Positions 27,524 through 39,753 of a stretch of DNA of 64,000 bases are shown here, in pieces. The DNA comes from Clostridia bacterium. Its GTDB lineage: Bacteria; Bacillota; Clostridia; UMGS1883; UMGS1540. The stretch covers positions 1 to 64,000 of the forward strand of contig JAZSIR010000013.1 of NCBI GenBank assembly GCA_045533905.1, given 5' to 3'. The number at the start of each line of letters is the position of its first letter. Position 1 is the stretch's first letter. The notes beneath the pieces are model-generated. The model ran no database searches, had not been told where the DNA came from, and saw nothing but the letters and a program-made list of their open reading frames with translations. A program made the position numbers and the translations under genes.

Positions 27524-27871
27524 ATGGATGCAAGAACATCTGCAAGCGCCACACTGCGCCATGCGAGAATCTCGCCGCGCAAGGTAAAGCTTGTTATTGA
27601 TCTTATTAGAAATAAGCCTGTCGGTACGGCGATAGGAATCCTGAACAATACACCCAAAGCGGCCAGCGAACTTTTGATTAAGCTGCTGAATTCCGCTATA
27701 GCCAATGCCGAAAACAATTTTGGTCTCAGTGCCGACAAGCTGTACGTAACTGAAGGGTATGCCAACGAAGGTCCTACCTTAAAGCGTATCCAGCCGAGAG
27801 CACAAGGCAGGGCGTTCAGAATCAGAAAGAGAACGAGCCACATCACCTTAGTGGTTTCGGAGAAAGAGTAA
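27524..27871 (+). CDS. rplV: 50S ribosomal protein L22
   Basis: RISPRK and PRAQGRA. Confidence 0.98.
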   Translation: MDARTSASATLRHARISPRKVKLVIDLIRNKPVGTAIGILNNTPKAASELLIKLLNSAIANAENNFGLSADKLYVTEGYANEGPTLKRIQPRAQGRAFRIRKRTSHITLVVSEKE

Positions 27872-27883
27872 GGAGGAGAGCGC

Positions 27884-28564
27884 ATGGGTCAGAAGGTAAA
27901 TCCCCATGGTCTTAGAGTTGGCGTTATCAAGGATTGGGATTCGCGCTGGTTCGCGGATAACAGCTCCTTTGCCGATTATCTGATTGAAGACCAGAAGATC
28001 AGAAATTTCATTAAGAAAAAGCTGTTTGCAGCAGGCATCGCACGCGTAGAAATCGAAAAGGATGCCAGCAAAATCAGAGTATTTATCCATGCTGCAAAGC
28101 CGGGTATCGTTATCGGTAAGAACGGCGCAGACATTGATAAGCTGAAGGGCCAGCTTGAAGCCCTTACCGCAAAGTCGGTAAACATCAACATCGTAGAAGT
28201 TAAGAATGCAGATGCCAATGCACAGCTCGTTGCAGAAAACATCGCAGCACAGCTCGAAAAGAGAACTTCTTTCAGAAGAGCTATGAAGTCCTGCATGCAG
28301 CGCGCAATGCGTCTTGGCGTAAAGGGTATCAAAACTTCTTGTTCCGGTCGTCTCGGCGGCGCAGAAATTGCTCGTACAGAGCAGTATCATGAAGGCACAA
28401 TTCCGCTGCAGACACTGCGCGCGGACATTGACTATGGCTTCTATGAAGCAGACACGACCTACGGCAAAATTGGTGTAAAGGTATGGATTTACAAAGGTGA
28501 AGTCCTGTCCCAGACCAAGAAGGCACCCAAAGCGGAGGGAGGCAAGAAACATGTTAATGCCTAA
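27884..28564 (+). CDS. rpsC: 30S ribosomal protein S3
   Basis: [11 protein letters not shown] and [10 protein letters not shown]. Confidence 0.98.
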   Translation: MGQKVNPHGLRVGVIKDWDSRWFADNSSFADYLIEDQKIRNFIKKKLFAAGIARVEIEKDASKIRVFIHAAKPGIVIGKNGADIDKLKGQLEALTAKSVNINIVEVKNADANAQLVAENIAAQLEKRTSFRRAMKSCMQRAMRLGVKGIKTSCSGRLGGAEIARTEQYHEGTIPLQTLRADIDYGFYEADTTYGKIGVKVWIYKGEVLSQTKKAPKAEGGKKHVNA

Positions 28565-28991
28565 AAGAGTAAAATACAGAAGAGTTATGCGCGGCAGACT
28601 GAAAGGTGCTGCAATGCGCGGTAACAAGATTGCATACGGCGATTTTGCCCTGCAGGCACTGGAACCGGCATGGATCACTTCTAACCAGATCGAAGCTGCT
28701 CGTATCGCTATGACGCGTTACATCAAGCGTGGCGGTCAGGTTTGGATTAAGATTTTCCCGGATAAGCCGGTAACAGAAAAACCTGCTGAAACTCGTATGG
28801 GTAGCGGTAAAGGTTCGCCTGAATACTGGGTAGCCGTTGTAAAGCCCGGTAGAGTTTTGTTTGAAATTGGCGGCGTAAGTGAAGAAACTGCCCGCGAAGC
28901 TATGCGTCTTGCTATGCACAAGCTTCCGGTAAAGTGCAAGTTCCTTACCCGCGAGTCCCAGGAAACGGAGGGTGATTCGAGTGAAAGTTAA
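28551..28991 (+). CDS. rplP: 50S ribosomal protein L16
   Basis: [10 protein letters not shown] and RMGSGKG. Confidence 0.98.
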   Translation: MLMPKRVKYRRVMRGRLKGAAMRGNKIAYGDFALQALEPAWITSNQIEAARIAMTRYIKRGGQVWIKIFPDKPVTEKPAETRMGSGKGSPEYWVAVVKPGRVLFEIGGVSEETAREAMRLAMHKLPVKCKFLTRESQETEGDSSES

Positions 28992-29184
28992 TGAAATCCG
29001 TGATTTAAAGATAGAAGAACTGCAGGAAAAGCTGCAGGACCTCAAGAAGGAGCTTTTTAACTTACGTTTTCAGCACGCTACCAACCAGCTGGAGAATCCG
29101 ATGCGAATCGCAGAAGTAAAGAAGACGATTGCACGGATTAAGACGGTCATCAAAGAGCAAGAGCTTAAGAGCGAAACCGTTTAA
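28981..29184 (+). CDS. rpmC: 50S ribosomal protein L29
   Basis: ELFNLRFQ...IARIKT; GTG start. Confidence 0.96.
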   Translation: MKVNEIRDLKIEELQEKLQDLKKELFNLRFQHATNQLENPMRIAEVKKTIARIKTVIKEQELKSETV

Positions 29185-29201
29185 TGAAAGGAGGAAGCGA
29201 A

Positions 29202-29459
29202 ATGGCTGAAAGAAATGCACGTAAGGTCAGAATTGGTACGGTTGTCAGCGACAAGATGGATAAGACAATTGTTGTGGCAATTGAAGACCATGTAAAGCAT
29301 CCGCTTTATGGAAAAATTGTTAAGAGAACATACAAACTCAAGGCACATGATGCAGAGAATGTATGTGGCGTAGGGGATAAGGTAAAGGTTATGGAAACCA
29401 GACCCTTAAGCCGTGATAAACGTTGGAGATTAGTTGAGATTGTAGAAAAGGCGAGATAA
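29202..29459 (+). CDS. rpsQ: 30S ribosomal protein S17
   Basis: VVSDKMDKT and ETRPLS. Confidence 0.98.
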   Translation: MAERNARKVRIGTVVSDKMDKTIVVAIEDHVKHPLYGKIVKRTYKLKAHDAENVCGVGDKVKVMETRPLSRDKRWRLVEIVEKAR

Positions 29460-29482
29460 TCGCACGGAAGGAGTGAGCGCAA

Positions 29483-29851
29483 ATGATTCAACAGCAAACG
29501 CTGCTCAAGGTAGCCGACAACACGGGTGCAAAGGAACTCATGTGCATTCGTTGTCTTGGCGGTTCATTGAAAAGATATGCAAACGTCGGCGACGTTATCG
29601 TAGCTTCTGTTAAGAAAGCAACGCCCGGCGGTGTTGTAAAGAAGGGTGATGTTGTTAAGGCCGTTGTTGTTCGTTCGGTAAAAGGCCTGCGCAGACCCGA
29701 TGGTAGTTATATCCGGTTTGACGAAAATGCGGCTGTTATCATTAAGGATGACAAGAACCCCAGAGGTACCCGTATTTTTGGCCCGGTTGCCCGTGAGCTC
29801 CGTGACAAGGATTATATGAAGATTATTTCCTTGGCACCGGAAGTACTGTAA
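29483..29851 (+). CDS. rplN: 50S ribosomal protein L14
   Basis: VADNTGA and GTRIFGPV. Confidence 0.98.
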   Translation: MIQQQTLLKVADNTGAKELMCIRCLGGSLKRYANVGDVIVASVKKATPGGVVKKGDVVKAVVVRSVKGLRRPDGSYIRFDENAAVIIKDDKNPRGTRIFGPVARELRDKDYMKIISLAPEVL

Positions 29852-29865
29852 GGAGGTGGCACAGA

Positions 29866-30180
29866 ATGCATATTAAGAAAGACGATATGGTTAAGGTCAT
29901 TGCCGGCGTGGATAAGAATAAGACCGGTAAGGTTTTAGAAGTGCTTCCTTCGGAAGGTAAGGTTATTGTAGAGGGCGTAGGTATGGTAACAAAGCATACA
30001 AAGCCCCGCAAGCAGGGTGAAGTTGGCGGCCTTATTAAGAAAGAAGCTGCAATTTACGCTTCCAAGGTTATGCACATCTGCCCGAAGTGCAATAAACCGA
30101 CCAGAATCGGAAGAAAAGTATTGGAAGACGGCAAAAAGGTAAGAATTTGCAAGCATTGCAATGAAACCTTTAACGACTAG
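29866..30180 (+). CDS. rplX: 50S ribosomal protein L24
   Basis: KOW motif; operon order. Confidence 0.97.
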   Translation: MHIKKDDMVKVIAGVDKNKTGKVLEVLPSEGKVIVEGVGMVTKHTKPRKQGEVGGLIKKEAAIYASKVMHICPKCNKPTRIGRKVLEDGKKVRICKHCNETFND

Positions 30181-30198
30181 TGAAAGGAGGGAATGCAA

Positions 30199-30741
30199 AT
30201 GTCCAGAATGAAAGTTAAGTACAATGAAGAAGTGGCACCGGCTTTGATGACTAAGTTCGGTTACAAGAGCCCGATGCAAATCCCGCGCCTTGAGAAAGTC
30301 GTTATCAATATAGGTCTTGGTGAGGCAAAGGAAAATCCGAAGGCAATCGAAGCTGCCTGCGGCGATCTTGCAAAGATCACCGGTCAGAAGCCTGTTGTTA
30401 CAAAGGCAAAGAAGTCTGTTGCTAACTTCAAGCTCCGTCAGGGCATGAACATTGGTTGCAAAGTAACGCTTCGAAGCGAAAAGATGTATGAGTTTGTCGA
30501 CAGACTCTTCAACGTAGCGCTTCCCCGCGTTCGCGATTTCAGAGGCATTAATCCCAATTCCTTTGACGGCCGCGGTAATTACACCATGGGTGTTAAGGAA
30601 CAGTTGATTTTCCCGGAAATCGAATATGATAAGATAGATAAGGTAAGAGGCATGGATATCATTTTTGTTACGACTGCCAAAACCGACGAAGAAGCACGTG
30701 AGTTTTTAACACTTATGGGCGCTCCGTTTGCCAAAAACTGA
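30199..30741 (+). CDS. rplE: 50S ribosomal protein L5
   Basis: [10 protein letters not shown] and EQLIFPEI. Confidence 0.98.
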   Translation: MSRMKVKYNEEVAPALMTKFGYKSPMQIPRLEKVVINIGLGEAKENPKAIEAACGDLAKITGQKPVVTKAKKSVANFKLRQGMNIGCKVTLRSEKMYEFVDRLFNVALPRVRDFRGINPNSFDGRGNYTMGVKEQLIFPEIEYDKIDKVRGMDIIFVTTAKTDEEAREFLTLMGAPFAKN

Positions 30742-30758
30742 GGGGAGGGAACTAAAAA

Positions 30759-30944
30759 ATGGCAAAGAAATCCATGATTTTAAAGCAGCAGCGTACACCG
30801 AAGTACAGCACAAGAGCGTACACCCGGTGCAAGATTTGCGGCAGACCCCACGCATACCTGAGAAAGTTCGGCATTTGCCGTATTTGCTTCAGGGAATTGG
30901 CATACAAAGGGCAGATTCCCGGTGTAAAGAAGGCAAGTTGGTAA
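30759..30944 (+). CDS. rpsN: 30S ribosomal protein S14, type Z (zinc-binding)
   Basis: RCKICGR...CRIC; 61 aa. Confidence 0.97.
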   Translation: MAKKSMILKQQRTPKYSTRAYTRCKICGRPHAYLRKFGICRICFRELAYKGQIPGVKKASW

Positions 30945-30973
30945 TTTAAAGCTACGGAAAAGGAGGTAGTACC

Positions 30974-31372
30974 ATGCAGTTGACAGATCCCATTGCTGAT
31001 ATGCTGACACGTATCAGAAATGCAAATTCCGCACGGCATGAAACTGTCGATATCCCCGCTTCCAATATGAAGAAAGCAATCGCTGAGATTCTGAATGAAG
31101 AAGGGTATATCAAAGGATATCAGATTATAGATGATGACAAACAGGGCGTTATCCGTATTGCACTGAAGTACGGTGCAAACAAAGAACGGGTACTGTCCGG
31201 ACTTATCAGAATTTCCAAGCCCGGTCTGCGTGTATACGCAGGTCACAACGAGATCCCGCGCGTACTGAAGGGTCTCGGTATTGCAATCGTGTCCACTTCG
31301 AAAGGCATTATGACCGATAAGAAGGCACGCGCAATGCACGTTGGCGGCGAAGTTTTGGCATTTATTTGGTAA
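30974..31372 (+). CDS. rpsH: 30S ribosomal protein S8
   Basis: [12 protein letters not shown]. Confidence 0.98.
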   Translation: MQLTDPIADMLTRIRNANSARHETVDIPASNMKKAIAEILNEEGYIKGYQIIDDDKQGVIRIALKYGANKERVLSGLIRISKPGLRVYAGHNEIPRVLKGLGIAIVSTSKGIMTDKKARAMHVGGEVLAFIW

Positions 31373-31397
31373 TTTTAAGAAATGGTGGTGAGACGCA

Positions 31398-31946
31398 ATG
31401 TCAAGAATAGGTAGAATGCCTATTGCTGTACCGGCAGGTGTTGACGTAAAGGTTGGCGCAAACAATGACGTTACAGTAAAAGGCCCCAAGGGGACGCTCA
31501 GCCAGCAGCTTCATCCGGACATGAAGATCGAGATGAAGGACGGCGAGATCAATATCATTCGTCCCTCTGAGCAAAAGAAACATAAAGCACTGCACGGCCT
31601 CACACGTTCGCTTCTTGCAAACATGGTTACCGGCGTTACCGAAGGTTTCCAGAAAGAACTGGAAATCAACGGCGTTGGTTACAGAGCGCAGATGCAGGGT
31701 AAAAAGCTCGTTTTAAACCTCGGGTATTCTCATCCGGTGGAAATGGACGAAATTAAAGGCATTGAAATCGAAGTACCCGCCCCGAACAAGATCATTGTTA
31801 AGGGTGCTGACAAGCAGCTGGTAGGTCACGTAGCGGCAAACATCCGCGAAAAGAGACTGCCGGAACCCTACAAGGGCAAGGGTATCAAGTATGTAACCGA
31901 ACATATCCGCCGCAAGGAGGGTAAGGCCGGTAAAGCCAAGGGTTAA
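31398..31946 (+). CDS. rplF: 50S ribosomal protein L6
   Basis: MSRIG and PEPYKGKG. Confidence 0.98.
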   Translation: MSRIGRMPIAVPAGVDVKVGANNDVTVKGPKGTLSQQLHPDMKIEMKDGEINIIRPSEQKKHKALHGLTRSLLANMVTGVTEGFQKELEINGVGYRAQMQGKKLVLNLGYSHPVEMDEIKGIEIEVPAPNKIIVKGADKQLVGHVAANIREKRLPEPYKGKGIKYVTEHIRRKEGKAGKAKG

Positions 31947-31963
31947 GAGAGGAGCAGTAAGAG

Positions 31964-32323
31964 ATGATTAATAAGGCATCCAGCAATAAGGCTAGAATCA
32001 AACGCCACGGCCGCATCCGCCGCAACATCGTCGGCACAGCAGAGCGTCCGCGTCTGAACGTATTCCGCAGCCTGAATCATATTTACGCTCAGATCATCGA
32101 CGATGAGAAGGGTGTAACACTGGCCGCAGCTTCTTCCTTGGACAAGGGTTTTGAAGCCTACGGCGGTAACGCCGATGCAGCTCGCGCAGTTGGTAAGCGC
32201 GTTGCAGAAGTTGCTCTTGAAAAGGGCATCAAGGCGGTTGTATTTGACCGCGGCGGTTACATTTACCATGGACGTATCGCAGCACTTGCTGAAGGCGCTC
32301 GCGAAGGCGGTCTGGAATTTTAA
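31964..32323 (+). CDS. rplR: 50S ribosomal protein L18
   Basis: RPRLNVFRS and [11 protein letters not shown]. Confidence 0.98.
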   Translation: MINKASSNKARIKRHGRIRRNIVGTAERPRLNVFRSLNHIYAQIIDDEKGVTLAAASSLDKGFEAYGGNADAARAVGKRVAEVALEKGIKAVVFDRGGYIYHGRIAALAEGAREGGLEF

Positions 32324-32337
32324 GAAGGAGGGTCATT

Positions 32338-32838
32338 ATGGCAGACAGAATCGATCCCACAACGTTAGATATCAAAGAAAAAGTAGTTTGCCTCAACCGT
32401 GTTACGAAGGTTGTTAAGGGTGGTAAAAACTCTCGCTTCACAGCCCTGGTTGTTGTCGGTGACGAAAACGGCCACGTAGGCAGCGGTCTTGGCAAAGCAG
32501 TTGAAATCCCGGACGCAATCCGCAAAGCGATTGAAGCTGCAAAGAAGAACATGGTTACTGTTCCGCTGGTTGACGGTGGTACAGTTCCGCACGAAATTAT
32601 CGGTGAATGCGGCGCAGGTCGCGTACTGATTAAGCCGGCTGTAGAAGGTACCGGTGTTATCGCCGGCGGCGGCGTTCGTGCAGTTATGGAACTTGCAGGC
32701 GTTAAGAACGTACGTACAAAGTCCCTTCGCAGCAACAATGCAAAGAACGTTGTAGACGCAACAATTGCAGGTCTCAAGAACCTCAAATTCGCCGCAGAAG
32801 TGGCACGTCTTCGTGGCAAGACAGTAGAAGAACTGTAA
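32338..32838 (+). CDS. rpsE: 30S ribosomal protein S5
   Basis: RVTKVVKGG and GTGVIAGG. Confidence 0.98.
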   Translation: MADRIDPTTLDIKEKVVCLNRVTKVVKGGKNSRFTALVVVGDENGHVGSGLGKAVEIPDAIRKAIEAAKKNMVTVPLVDGGTVPHEIIGECGAGRVLIKPAVEGTGVIAGGGVRAVMELAGVKNVRTKSLRSNNAKNVVDATIAGLKNLKFAAEVARLRGKTVEEL

Positions 32839-32855
32839 GTAAAGGAGGGTTTGCA

Positions 32856-33035
32856 TTGGCTAAACTCAAGGTTACCCTGAAAAAGAGCGTAATCGGCTGC
32901 AAGAAGGATCAGATTGCAACAGTAGAAGCGCTCGGTTTGAAAAAAATTCGCGATGTGAAAGAACATGCGGATACGCCTCAGATTCGAGGAATGATCAATA
33001 AAGTATCTCATTTATTGATGGTTGAAGAAGCATAA
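32856..33035 (+). CDS. rpmD: 50S ribosomal protein L30 (not in the ORF track)
   Basis: TTG start; [14 protein letters not shown]...[12 protein letters not shown]. Confidence 0.96.
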   Translation: MAKLKVTLKKSVIGCKKDQIATVEALGLKKIRDVKEHADTPQIRGMINKVSHLLMVEEA

Positions 33036-33054
33036 AGAAGGAGGTGTAGGTATT

Positions 33055-33495
33055 ATGAAGCTGTACGAACTTAGTCCCGCACCGGGCAGCAAGACAGAAG
33101 GCAAGCGCAAGGGCCGTGGTGCTGGTACAGGTAACGGCAAAACAGCAGGCAGAGGTCATAAGGGCCAGAACGCAAGAAGCGGTGGCGGTGTACGTCCCGG
33201 TTTTGAAGGCGGCCAGATGCCTTTGTACAGACGTTTGCCGAAGAGAGGCTTTACAAACATATTTGCAAAGCAGTATGTTTCGATAAATGTTAGTGAGCTG
33301 AATAAATTCGAAGACGGCGCTGAGGTAACAGCCGCAGCACTGTGCGAGAAGAAAATCATCAGCAAAGCAAAGGATGGCGTTGTCATCTTAGGTCGTGGTG
33401 AACTCACCAAGAAGCTGACCGTAAAAGCAGCACGTTTCACAAAGACAGCTGCTGAAAAAATCGAAGCCGCAGGCGGAAAGGCCGAGGTGATATAA
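33055..33495 (+). CDS. rplO: 50S ribosomal protein L15
   Basis: [18 protein letters not shown]. Confidence 0.98.
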   Translation: MKLYELSPAPGSKTEGKRKGRGAGTGNGKTAGRGHKGQNARSGGGVRPGFEGGQMPLYRRLPKRGFTNIFAKQYVSINVSELNKFEDGAEVTAAALCEKKIISKAKDGVVILGRGELTKKLTVKAARFTKTAAEKIEAAGGKAEVI

Positions 33496-34782
33496 GTGTT
33501 TAAGATTCTGAAGAACGCTTGGGGGATTCCCGAGCTCCGCAAGAAAATGCTTTACACGTTATTGCTTCTCGTTGTTTTTCGTTTCGGTTCCGTAATTCCC
33601 GTGCCGTGGCTTGATAGCGCTGCACTCGCTTCCTGGGTGCAGGAAGGCGGAAACACTATCTTCAATATTATGGATATGTTCTCCGGTGGTGCTTTCAGCC
33701 AGGCAACCATTTTCGCAATGGGTATTTCTCCCTACATTAACTCTTCCATTATCATTCAGCTTTTGAGCGTTGCCATTCCGGCACTCGAACGTCTGAGCAA
33801 GGAAGGCGAAGAGGGCAGAAAGAAAATTAGCAAAATCACGAGATACCTCACAGTTGCACTTGCCTTTGTACAGGGCGCCGGTCTTTACATCGGTCTTAAC
33901 AACGCTGGTGCAGTTTCGAACCCGGGCGTATTTACGTTCTTCGTAATCGTTCTGAGCTTTACCGCAGGCACGGCTTTCCTTATGTGGCTCGGTGAAGAAA
34001 TCACAGAAAAGGGCATCGGCAACGGTATCTCCCTGATTATTTTTGCAGGTATCGTTTCCAGAATCCCGCATATGGCAATGGCTGTATGGCAGACCTTTGC
34101 GGGCGGCGAATCCAAGAACTACCTTGCAGTCCTGTTAATCCTCGTATTTGCAGTACTCATTATCGGTTTTGTTGTTCTCTTTAACAACGGCGAACGCAGA
34201 ATTCCGGTACAGTACGCAAAGCGCGTTGTGGGCAGAAAGATGTACGGCGGTCAGAGCACCCATATTCCGATTAAGGTTACTATGGCCGGTGTTATTCCGA
34301 TCATCTTCGCAATGAGCCTTCTGGCTTTCCCGAGCACCATTGTGTCGCTCGTAAGCCCCAATGCCACAGAGGGTTTTGCAGGCTGGGTGCTGCGCTTCTT
34401 TAACCAGAGCAACATCTGGTATGCGCTCATCTATTTTGTACTGATTGTTGCTTTCACTTACTTCTACACGGCGATTACTTTCAGCCCCATTGAAGTTGCG
34501 AACAACATGAAGAAAAACGGCGGCTTTATTCCCGGCATCCGCCCGGGCAAGCCGACCAGCGATTTCATTTCCAAGGTATTGTCCCGCATCACACTCGTAG
34601 GTGCATTCTTCCTGGGCTTTATCGCAATTCTGCCCATCGTGCTTGCACTTATTGATTCCCGTCTTTCCACTATCAGCATCGGCGGTACGTCCCTCCTGAT
34701 TTTGGTTGGTGTTGCACTGGAAACAGTAAAACAGATGGAATCTCAGATGCTTATGAGACATTACAAAGGCTTTTTAGAGTAA
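33496..34782 (+). CDS. secY: Preprotein translocase subunit SecY
   Basis: GISPYI, GIGNGISL and IPGIRPG. Confidence 0.98.
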   Translation: MFKILKNAWGIPELRKKMLYTLLLLVVFRFGSVIPVPWLDSAALASWVQEGGNTIFNIMDMFSGGAFSQATIFAMGISPYINSSIIIQLLSVAIPALERLSKEGEEGRKKISKITRYLTVALAFVQGAGLYIGLNNAGAVSNPGVFTFFVIVLSFTAGTAFLMWLGEEITEKGIGNGISLIIFAGIVSRIPHMAMAVWQTFAGGESKNYLAVLLILVFAVLIIGFVVLFNNGERRIPVQYAKRVVGRKMYGGQSTHIPIKVTMAGVIPIIFAMSLLAFPSTIVSLVSPNATEGFAGWVLRFFNQSNIWYALIYFVLIVAFTYFYTAITFSPIEVANNMKKNGGFIPGIRPGKPTSDFISKVLSRITLVGAFFLGFIAILPIVLALIDSRLSTISIGGTSLLILVGVALETVKQMESQMLMRHYKGFLE

Positions 34783-34800
34783 GTTTAGGAAGTGAAGACA

Positions 34801-35433
34801 ATGAAAATCATCTTATTAGGCCCGCCGGGAGCCGGTAAAGGCACACAGGCGGAGATATTGGCAGAAAAGTACGCCATCCCCACAATTTCCACGGGCAACA
34901 TGATTCGTGCAGAAGTTCGGGAAGGCACACCGCTCGGCCAGACTACAAAACAGTATATTGACGAAGGCAGACTCGTACCGGACGAAATCATTATGGCCAT
35001 CGTAGAAAGCAGACTGGCAAAGCCGGACTGCGAGAACGGGTTCATTTTAGACGGTATTCCGCGCACGATTCCGCAGGCCGAAGCTCTCGACAAGATGGGC
35101 CTCGGGGAATATGTTGTTTTGAACATTTCGGTAGAGGACGAAGCGATTTTAAATCGTCTTGGCGGCAGAAGAGTTTGCGGAAAATGCGGTGCGACCTATC
35201 ACATCACATTCAACCCGCCGAAGGAAGATGGCAAGTGCAACGCCTGCGGCGATGCGCTGATCATCCGCCCGGATGACGCCAGAGAAACGATTGAGAAGCG
35301 CCTTGAAGTCTACCACGAACAGACAGAGCCGCTTATCGCTTACTACGAAAAGACCGGAAAGCTCATCACAGTTGAGAGCGTCGGCAGCGTAGAAGACACA
35401 ACGAAAGCGATTCTCACAGCATTAGAGGTGTAA
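34801..35433 (+). CDS. adk: Adenylate kinase
   Basis: GPPGAGKGTQ and zinc LID domain. Confidence 0.97.
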   Translation: MKIILLGPPGAGKGTQAEILAEKYAIPTISTGNMIRAEVREGTPLGQTTKQYIDEGRLVPDEIIMAIVESRLAKPDCENGFILDGIPRTIPQAEALDKMGLGEYVVLNISVEDEAILNRLGGRRVCGKCGATYHITFNPPKEDGKCNACGDALIIRPDDARETIEKRLEVYHEQTEPLIAYYEKTGKLITVESVGSVEDTTKAILTALEV

Positions 35434-35436
35434 CAG

Positions 35437-36201
35437 ATGATTTGGGTGAAGGATAGCCACGAAATAGAAGCGATGCGCCAGAGCGGCCGCTTGACAGATG
35501 CGCTCCTTACGTATCTGGAAAAGCAGATCGAGCCGGGCATCACCACACTGGAACTGGATGAGATGGCATCGCTCTATATCCACAAAAACGGTGGAACGGC
35601 TGCCTTTAAGAATTACAGAGGATTTCCCAAATCTATTTGTACTTCTGTAAACTCTGTCGTTGTACATGGCATACCCGGGGAACGGGTGCTCTATGAAGGG
35701 GATATAATCAGTATCGATGTAGGCATTCGTCTTGACGGATACTACAGCGATGCTGCCCGTACCTTCCCGGTAGGGAAAATCAGTGCGGAAGCCCAAAAAC
35801 TGATTGATACCGCAAAAGATTGTTTTTATGCAGGTCTTGCCGCAGCCTTAGACGGAAATCGCGTTGGCGACATTTCCGCCGCCGTTCAGAGCGTGGCAGA
35901 AGCAGAAAACTACGGTATAGTACGGGAGCTTGTCGGTCACGGTGTCGGCCGCGCGTTGCATGAGGATCCGGACGTTCCGAATTTTGGTCCGGCCGGTCGC
36001 GGCGTCCGATTGCGGAAAGGTATGACACTGGCGATTGAACCTATGATATGTGCAGGTTCCCACAGGGTAGAGGTCATGGATGACGGATGGACAATCAAAA
36101 CGTGTGACGGCAGTCTTGCCGCACATTATGAAAACACTGTGGCCATAACCGATAACGAGGCTGAGATTCTTACGGTCAGCCCGAGAAAATTGCAGAGGTG
36201 A
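35437..36201 (+). CDS. map: Methionine aminopeptidase
   Basis: VVHGIP, GHGVG and AHYENT. Confidence 0.97.
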   Translation: MIWVKDSHEIEAMRQSGRLTDALLTYLEKQIEPGITTLELDEMASLYIHKNGGTAAFKNYRGFPKSICTSVNSVVVHGIPGERVLYEGDIISIDVGIRLDGYYSDAARTFPVGKISAEAQKLIDTAKDCFYAGLAAALDGNRVGDISAAVQSVAEAENYGIVRELVGHGVGRALHEDPDVPNFGPAGRGVRLRKGMTLAIEPMICAGSHRVEVMDDGWTIKTCDGSLAAHYENTVAITDNEAEILTVSPRKLQR

Positions 36202-36207
36202 TTTATT

Positions 36208-36489
36208 TTGGATATTGACGCGGGCAGTTTAGTCTATTCAATTGCCGGCCGAGATAAAGGCGGAGTGTTTGTGGTTTTAAGTCTTTCGGACATGTACTGC
36301 TATCTTGCAGACGGAAAGATCCGAAAAACGGACAATCCGAAGAAAAAGAAGCAGAAACATCTCAAAGCGACAGGCCACACGGCGGACGCTTTGAAGGAAA
36401 AGATTACTTCGGGCGAGCGCCCTACGAATTCCGAAGTTCGGAGAGCGATAGCGGCGTATCTGGACGAAGCAGATCAAAAGGAGGCATAA
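36208..36489 (+). CDS. KOW-domain RNA-binding protein (L14E-like)
   Basis: SIAGRDKG...ADG...PKKKKQKH; usual position between map and infA. Confidence 0.85.
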   Translation: MDIDAGSLVYSIAGRDKGGVFVVLSLSDMYCYLADGKIRKTDNPKKKKQKHLKATGHTADALKEKITSGERPTNSEVRRAIAAYLDEADQKEA

Positions 36490-36492
36490 AAC

Positions 36493-36841
<349 letters not shown>

Positions 36842-36859
36842 GAAATAGGAGGTGTAAGT

Positions 36860-37228
36860 ATGGCCAGAATTGCCGGCGTTGACTTGCCGAGAGAAAAGAG
36901 AGTCGAAGTTGGACTCACCTACATTTTCGGCATTGGCAAAACAAGTGCAGCAAAAATCCTGGAGGAAACAGGCATCAATCCTGATACACGTGTCAAAGAC
37001 CTGACCGAAGATGAGGTAAGTAAGCTCAGAGACATTATAGACAAAGACTATAAGGTTGAGGGTGACCTCCGTCGTAGCGTGGCGCTTGACATTAAGCGTT
37101 TGGTAGAAATCGGATGCTATCGGGGAACAAGACATAGAAAAGGTCTGCCCGTTCGCGGACAGAGAACAAAGACAAACGCGCGCACACGCAAAGGACCGAA
37201 GCGCACAATCGCAAATAAGAAGAAGTAG
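36860..37228 (+). CDS. rpsM: 30S ribosomal protein S13
   Basis: MARIAGVD and [14 protein letters not shown]. Confidence 0.98.
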   Translation: MARIAGVDLPREKRVEVGLTYIFGIGKTSAAKILEETGINPDTRVKDLTEDEVSKLRDIIDKDYKVEGDLRRSVALDIKRLVEIGCYRGTRHRKGLPVRGQRTKTNARTRKGPKRTIANKKK

Positions 37229-37241
37229 GAGGTAAGGTCAA

Positions 37242-37640
37242 ATGGCGAAAACAGCTGTAAAGAGAACGACCAGAAAAAAGCGTGAACGCAAAAATATTGA
37301 ACGCGGCGCTGCACATATTCGTTCCACTTTTAACAATACGATTGTAACCATTACGGATACTGCTGGTAATGCATTATCCTGGGCAAGCGCCGGCGGTCTT
37401 GGTTTCCGCGGCTCGAGAAAGAGCACTCCGTTTGCTGCACAGACAGCAGCAGAAACAGCAGCAAAGGCTGCTATGGAGCACGGACTTAAGACCGTTGAAG
37501 TCTACGTAAAGGGCCCCGGTGCGGGCCGCGAAGCTGCCATTCGTGCACTGCAGGCTGCAGGTCTCGAAGTCAGCATGATTAAGGACGTAACACCGATTCC
37601 GCATAACGGTTGCCGTCCGCCGAAGCGTAGAAGAGTTTGA
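37242..37640 (+). CDS. rpsK: 30S ribosomal protein S11
   Basis: [12 protein letters not shown]. Confidence 0.98.
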   Translation: MAKTAVKRTTRKKRERKNIERGAAHIRSTFNNTIVTITDTAGNALSWASAGGLGFRGSRKSTPFAAQTAAETAAKAAMEHGLKTVEVYVKGPGAGREAAIRALQAAGLEVSMIKDVTPIPHNGCRPPKRRRV

Positions 37641-37658
37641 TTTGGAGGTGAACTAATT

Positions 37659-38285
37659 ATGGCCAGATATACAGGTTCTGTTTGCAGAATGTGCCGCAGA
37701 GAAGGCGTAAAGCTTTTTTTGAAGGGCGATCGCTGCTACACAGATAAGTGTGCAGTTGGAAGAAGAAGCTATGCACCGGGCCAGCACGGTCAGGGTCGCA
37801 AGAAGCAGTCTGAATACGGCTTGCAGCTTCGTGAAAAACAGAAAGCAAAGAGATACTACGGCGTTTTGGAAAGCCAGTTCGCAAAGTACTACGAAATGGC
37901 TAGCAAAAAGCGCGGCGTAACAGGCGAAAACCTGTTGCAGATTTTGGAAAGCCGTCTGGACAATGTTGCATACCGTCTCGGTTTTGCACTTTCCCGTCCG
38001 GAAGCGCGTCAGCTCGTAACACATGGTCATTTTACCGTAAACGGCCGCCGTGTGAACATTCCTTCTTTCCTTGTTAAGGAAGGTGATGTGATCGCAGTTT
38101 GCGACAAGAGCAAGAGCTCGGCAAAAATGAAGGCAGTTTTGGAAAACACCGCAACGAAGGTTGTACCGAAGTGGCTGGAACTCGACCGCGAGAACCACGT
38201 TGCTAAGGTTGTGTCGCTCGCTGCCCGTGAAGATATTGATCTTCCGATTCAGGAAACGCTTATCGTCGAGTTGTACTCGAAATAA
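37659..38285 (+). CDS. rpsD: 30S ribosomal protein S4
   Basis: LESRLDN and ARQLVTHGH. Confidence 0.98.
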   Translation: MARYTGSVCRMCRREGVKLFLKGDRCYTDKCAVGRRSYAPGQHGQGRKKQSEYGLQLREKQKAKRYYGVLESQFAKYYEMASKKRGVTGENLLQILESRLDNVAYRLGFALSRPEARQLVTHGHFTVNGRRVNIPSFLVKEGDVIAVCDKSKSSAKMKAVLENTATKVVPKWLELDRENHVAKVVSLAAREDIDLPIQETLIVELYSK

Positions 38286-38332
38286 GCCTGACCCTCGCAG
38301 TTTACAACAAATTCAAAAGGGGGTAATTTATC

Positions 38333-39283
38333 ATGATAGAAATCGAAAAGCCGAGAGTGGAATGTATCGGATCTGCGGAAGACAAGTGCTACGGCAAGTT
38401 TGTCCTCGAGCCGCTTGAAAGAGGTTACGGCATGACCCTCGGAAACTCTCTGCGCAGAATTATGTTGTCCTCTCTGCCCGGTGCTGCTGTTACTTCTATT
38501 AAAATCGACGGCGTGCTGCACGAATTTTCCAGCATCCCCGGCGTTACAGAAGATGTAACAGAGATTGTGCTGAACATCAAGCAGATGATTGTAAAGCTTC
38601 ATTCTGACGGTCCTGCAACAGTATACATTGATGCAAAGGGCCCCTGCGAAATCACCGCAGGCGATATCAAGGCGGATGCAAATGTAGAAATTTTCAATCC
38701 CGACCTTCATATTGCAACGCTGAATGAAGATGCAAAGCTGTACATGGAAATCACAATCAACAAGGGAAGAGGCTATGTATCCGCAGAGCGCAATAAGCAA
38801 ATCAGCCAGCCGGTGATCGGACTCATCCCGGTAGACTCGATTTACACACCTGTACCGAAGGTGAACTTTACTGTAGAGAACACCCGTGTAGGACAGGTAA
38901 CAGACTATGATAAGCTTACACTGGAAATTTGGACAAACGGAACGCTGACACCGAACGAAGCCGTAAGCCTTGGCGCAAAGATTTTCAATGAGCACTTAAA
39001 TCTCTTCATCGACCTTGCAGAAGGCACGAAGGATGTTTCTATTATGGTGGAAAAAGAAGAAACCAAGAAGGAAAAGGTGCTTGAAATGACAATTGAAGAA
39101 CTGGATTTATCCGTTCGTTCTTACAATTGCTTAAAGCGCGCAGGTATCAATACGGTAGAAGACCTTATCCAGAAGACAGAAGAGGATATGATGAACGTCA
39201 GAAACCTCGGCAGAAAGTCTTTGGAAGAGGTTATCAACAAGCTTTTGAGCCTTGGTCTTTCCATGGCTCCGGCAGAGGACTAA
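38333..39283 (+). CDS. rpoA: RNA polymerase subunit alpha
   Basis: EPLERGYG and [14 protein letters not shown]. Confidence 0.98.
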   Translation: MIEIEKPRVECIGSAEDKCYGKFVLEPLERGYGMTLGNSLRRIMLSSLPGAAVTSIKIDGVLHEFSSIPGVTEDVTEIVLNIKQMIVKLHSDGPATVYIDAKGPCEITAGDIKADANVEIFNPDLHIATLNEDAKLYMEITINKGRGYVSAERNKQISQPVIGLIPVDSIYTPVPKVNFTVENTRVGQVTDYDKLTLEIWTNGTLTPNEAVSLGAKIFNEHLNLFIDLAEGTKDVSIMVEKEETKKEKVLEMTIEELDLSVRSYNCLKRAGINTVEDLIQKTEEDMMNVRNLGRKSLEEVINKLLSLGLSMAPAED

Positions 39284-39330
39284 TCTGCCGCGGAAGCAGC
39301 GTATAAGTTTTGCGAAAGGAGAGTTTCAGT

Positions 39331-39663
39331 ATGAGAAAGTTAGGAAGACCGACCGATCAGCGTAGAGCTATGCTGAGAGGCATGGTTACATCTTTCCTCG
39401 AAAACGGCAAGATGATGACCACGGAAACCCGTGCTAAGGAAATCCGTCCCATCGTAGAAAAAATGATCACGCTTGGCAAGCAGGACACTCTGCATGCAAG
39501 ACGTCAGGTTATGAGCTACGTTACAAAGAAGGACGTATCTTATAAAGTGTTTGCGGAAATCGCACCGAAATATGCAGAAAGAAACGGCGGCTACACCAGA
39601 ATTATTAAGGCTGGTGTCAGACGCGGCGATGCTGCACCGATGGCGATTATCGAACTCGTATAA
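39331..39663 (+). CDS. rplQ: 50S ribosomal protein L17
   Basis: RKLGR and [10 protein letters not shown]...RRGDAA. Confidence 0.97.
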   Translation: MRKLGRPTDQRRAMLRGMVTSFLENGKMMTTETRAKEIRPIVEKMITLGKQDTLHARRQVMSYVTKKDVSYKVFAEIAPKYAERNGGYTRIIKAGVRRGDAAPMAIIELV

Positions 39664-39675
39664 GAAAAGCACAAT

Positions 39676-39716
39676 AAAAAGAGCTGTCATAAGAGATGTA
39701 CTCTTAAGGATAGTAA
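39676..39716. repeat. Left junction: half-terminator (39676-39691) plus left terminal repeat (39692-39716)
   Basis: AAAAAGAGCTGTCATA-AGAGATGTACTCTTAAGGATAGTAA, inverted relative to 43021-43061. Confidence 0.88.
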
Positions 39717-39719
39717 TTT

Positions 39720-39753
39720 AAAAGGCTGAACGATCGATTTCGTTCAGCCTTTT
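39720..39753 (+). terminator. Terminator just inside the left end of the cassette
   Basis: AAAAGGCTGAACGA / TCGTTCAGCCTTTT. Confidence 0.85.

Noticed and set aside
39697-39716. dif/Xer recombination site
   Set aside because: It does not resemble the Bacillota dif consensus or its 11-6-11 layout, and the paired inverted arrangement fits element ends better.
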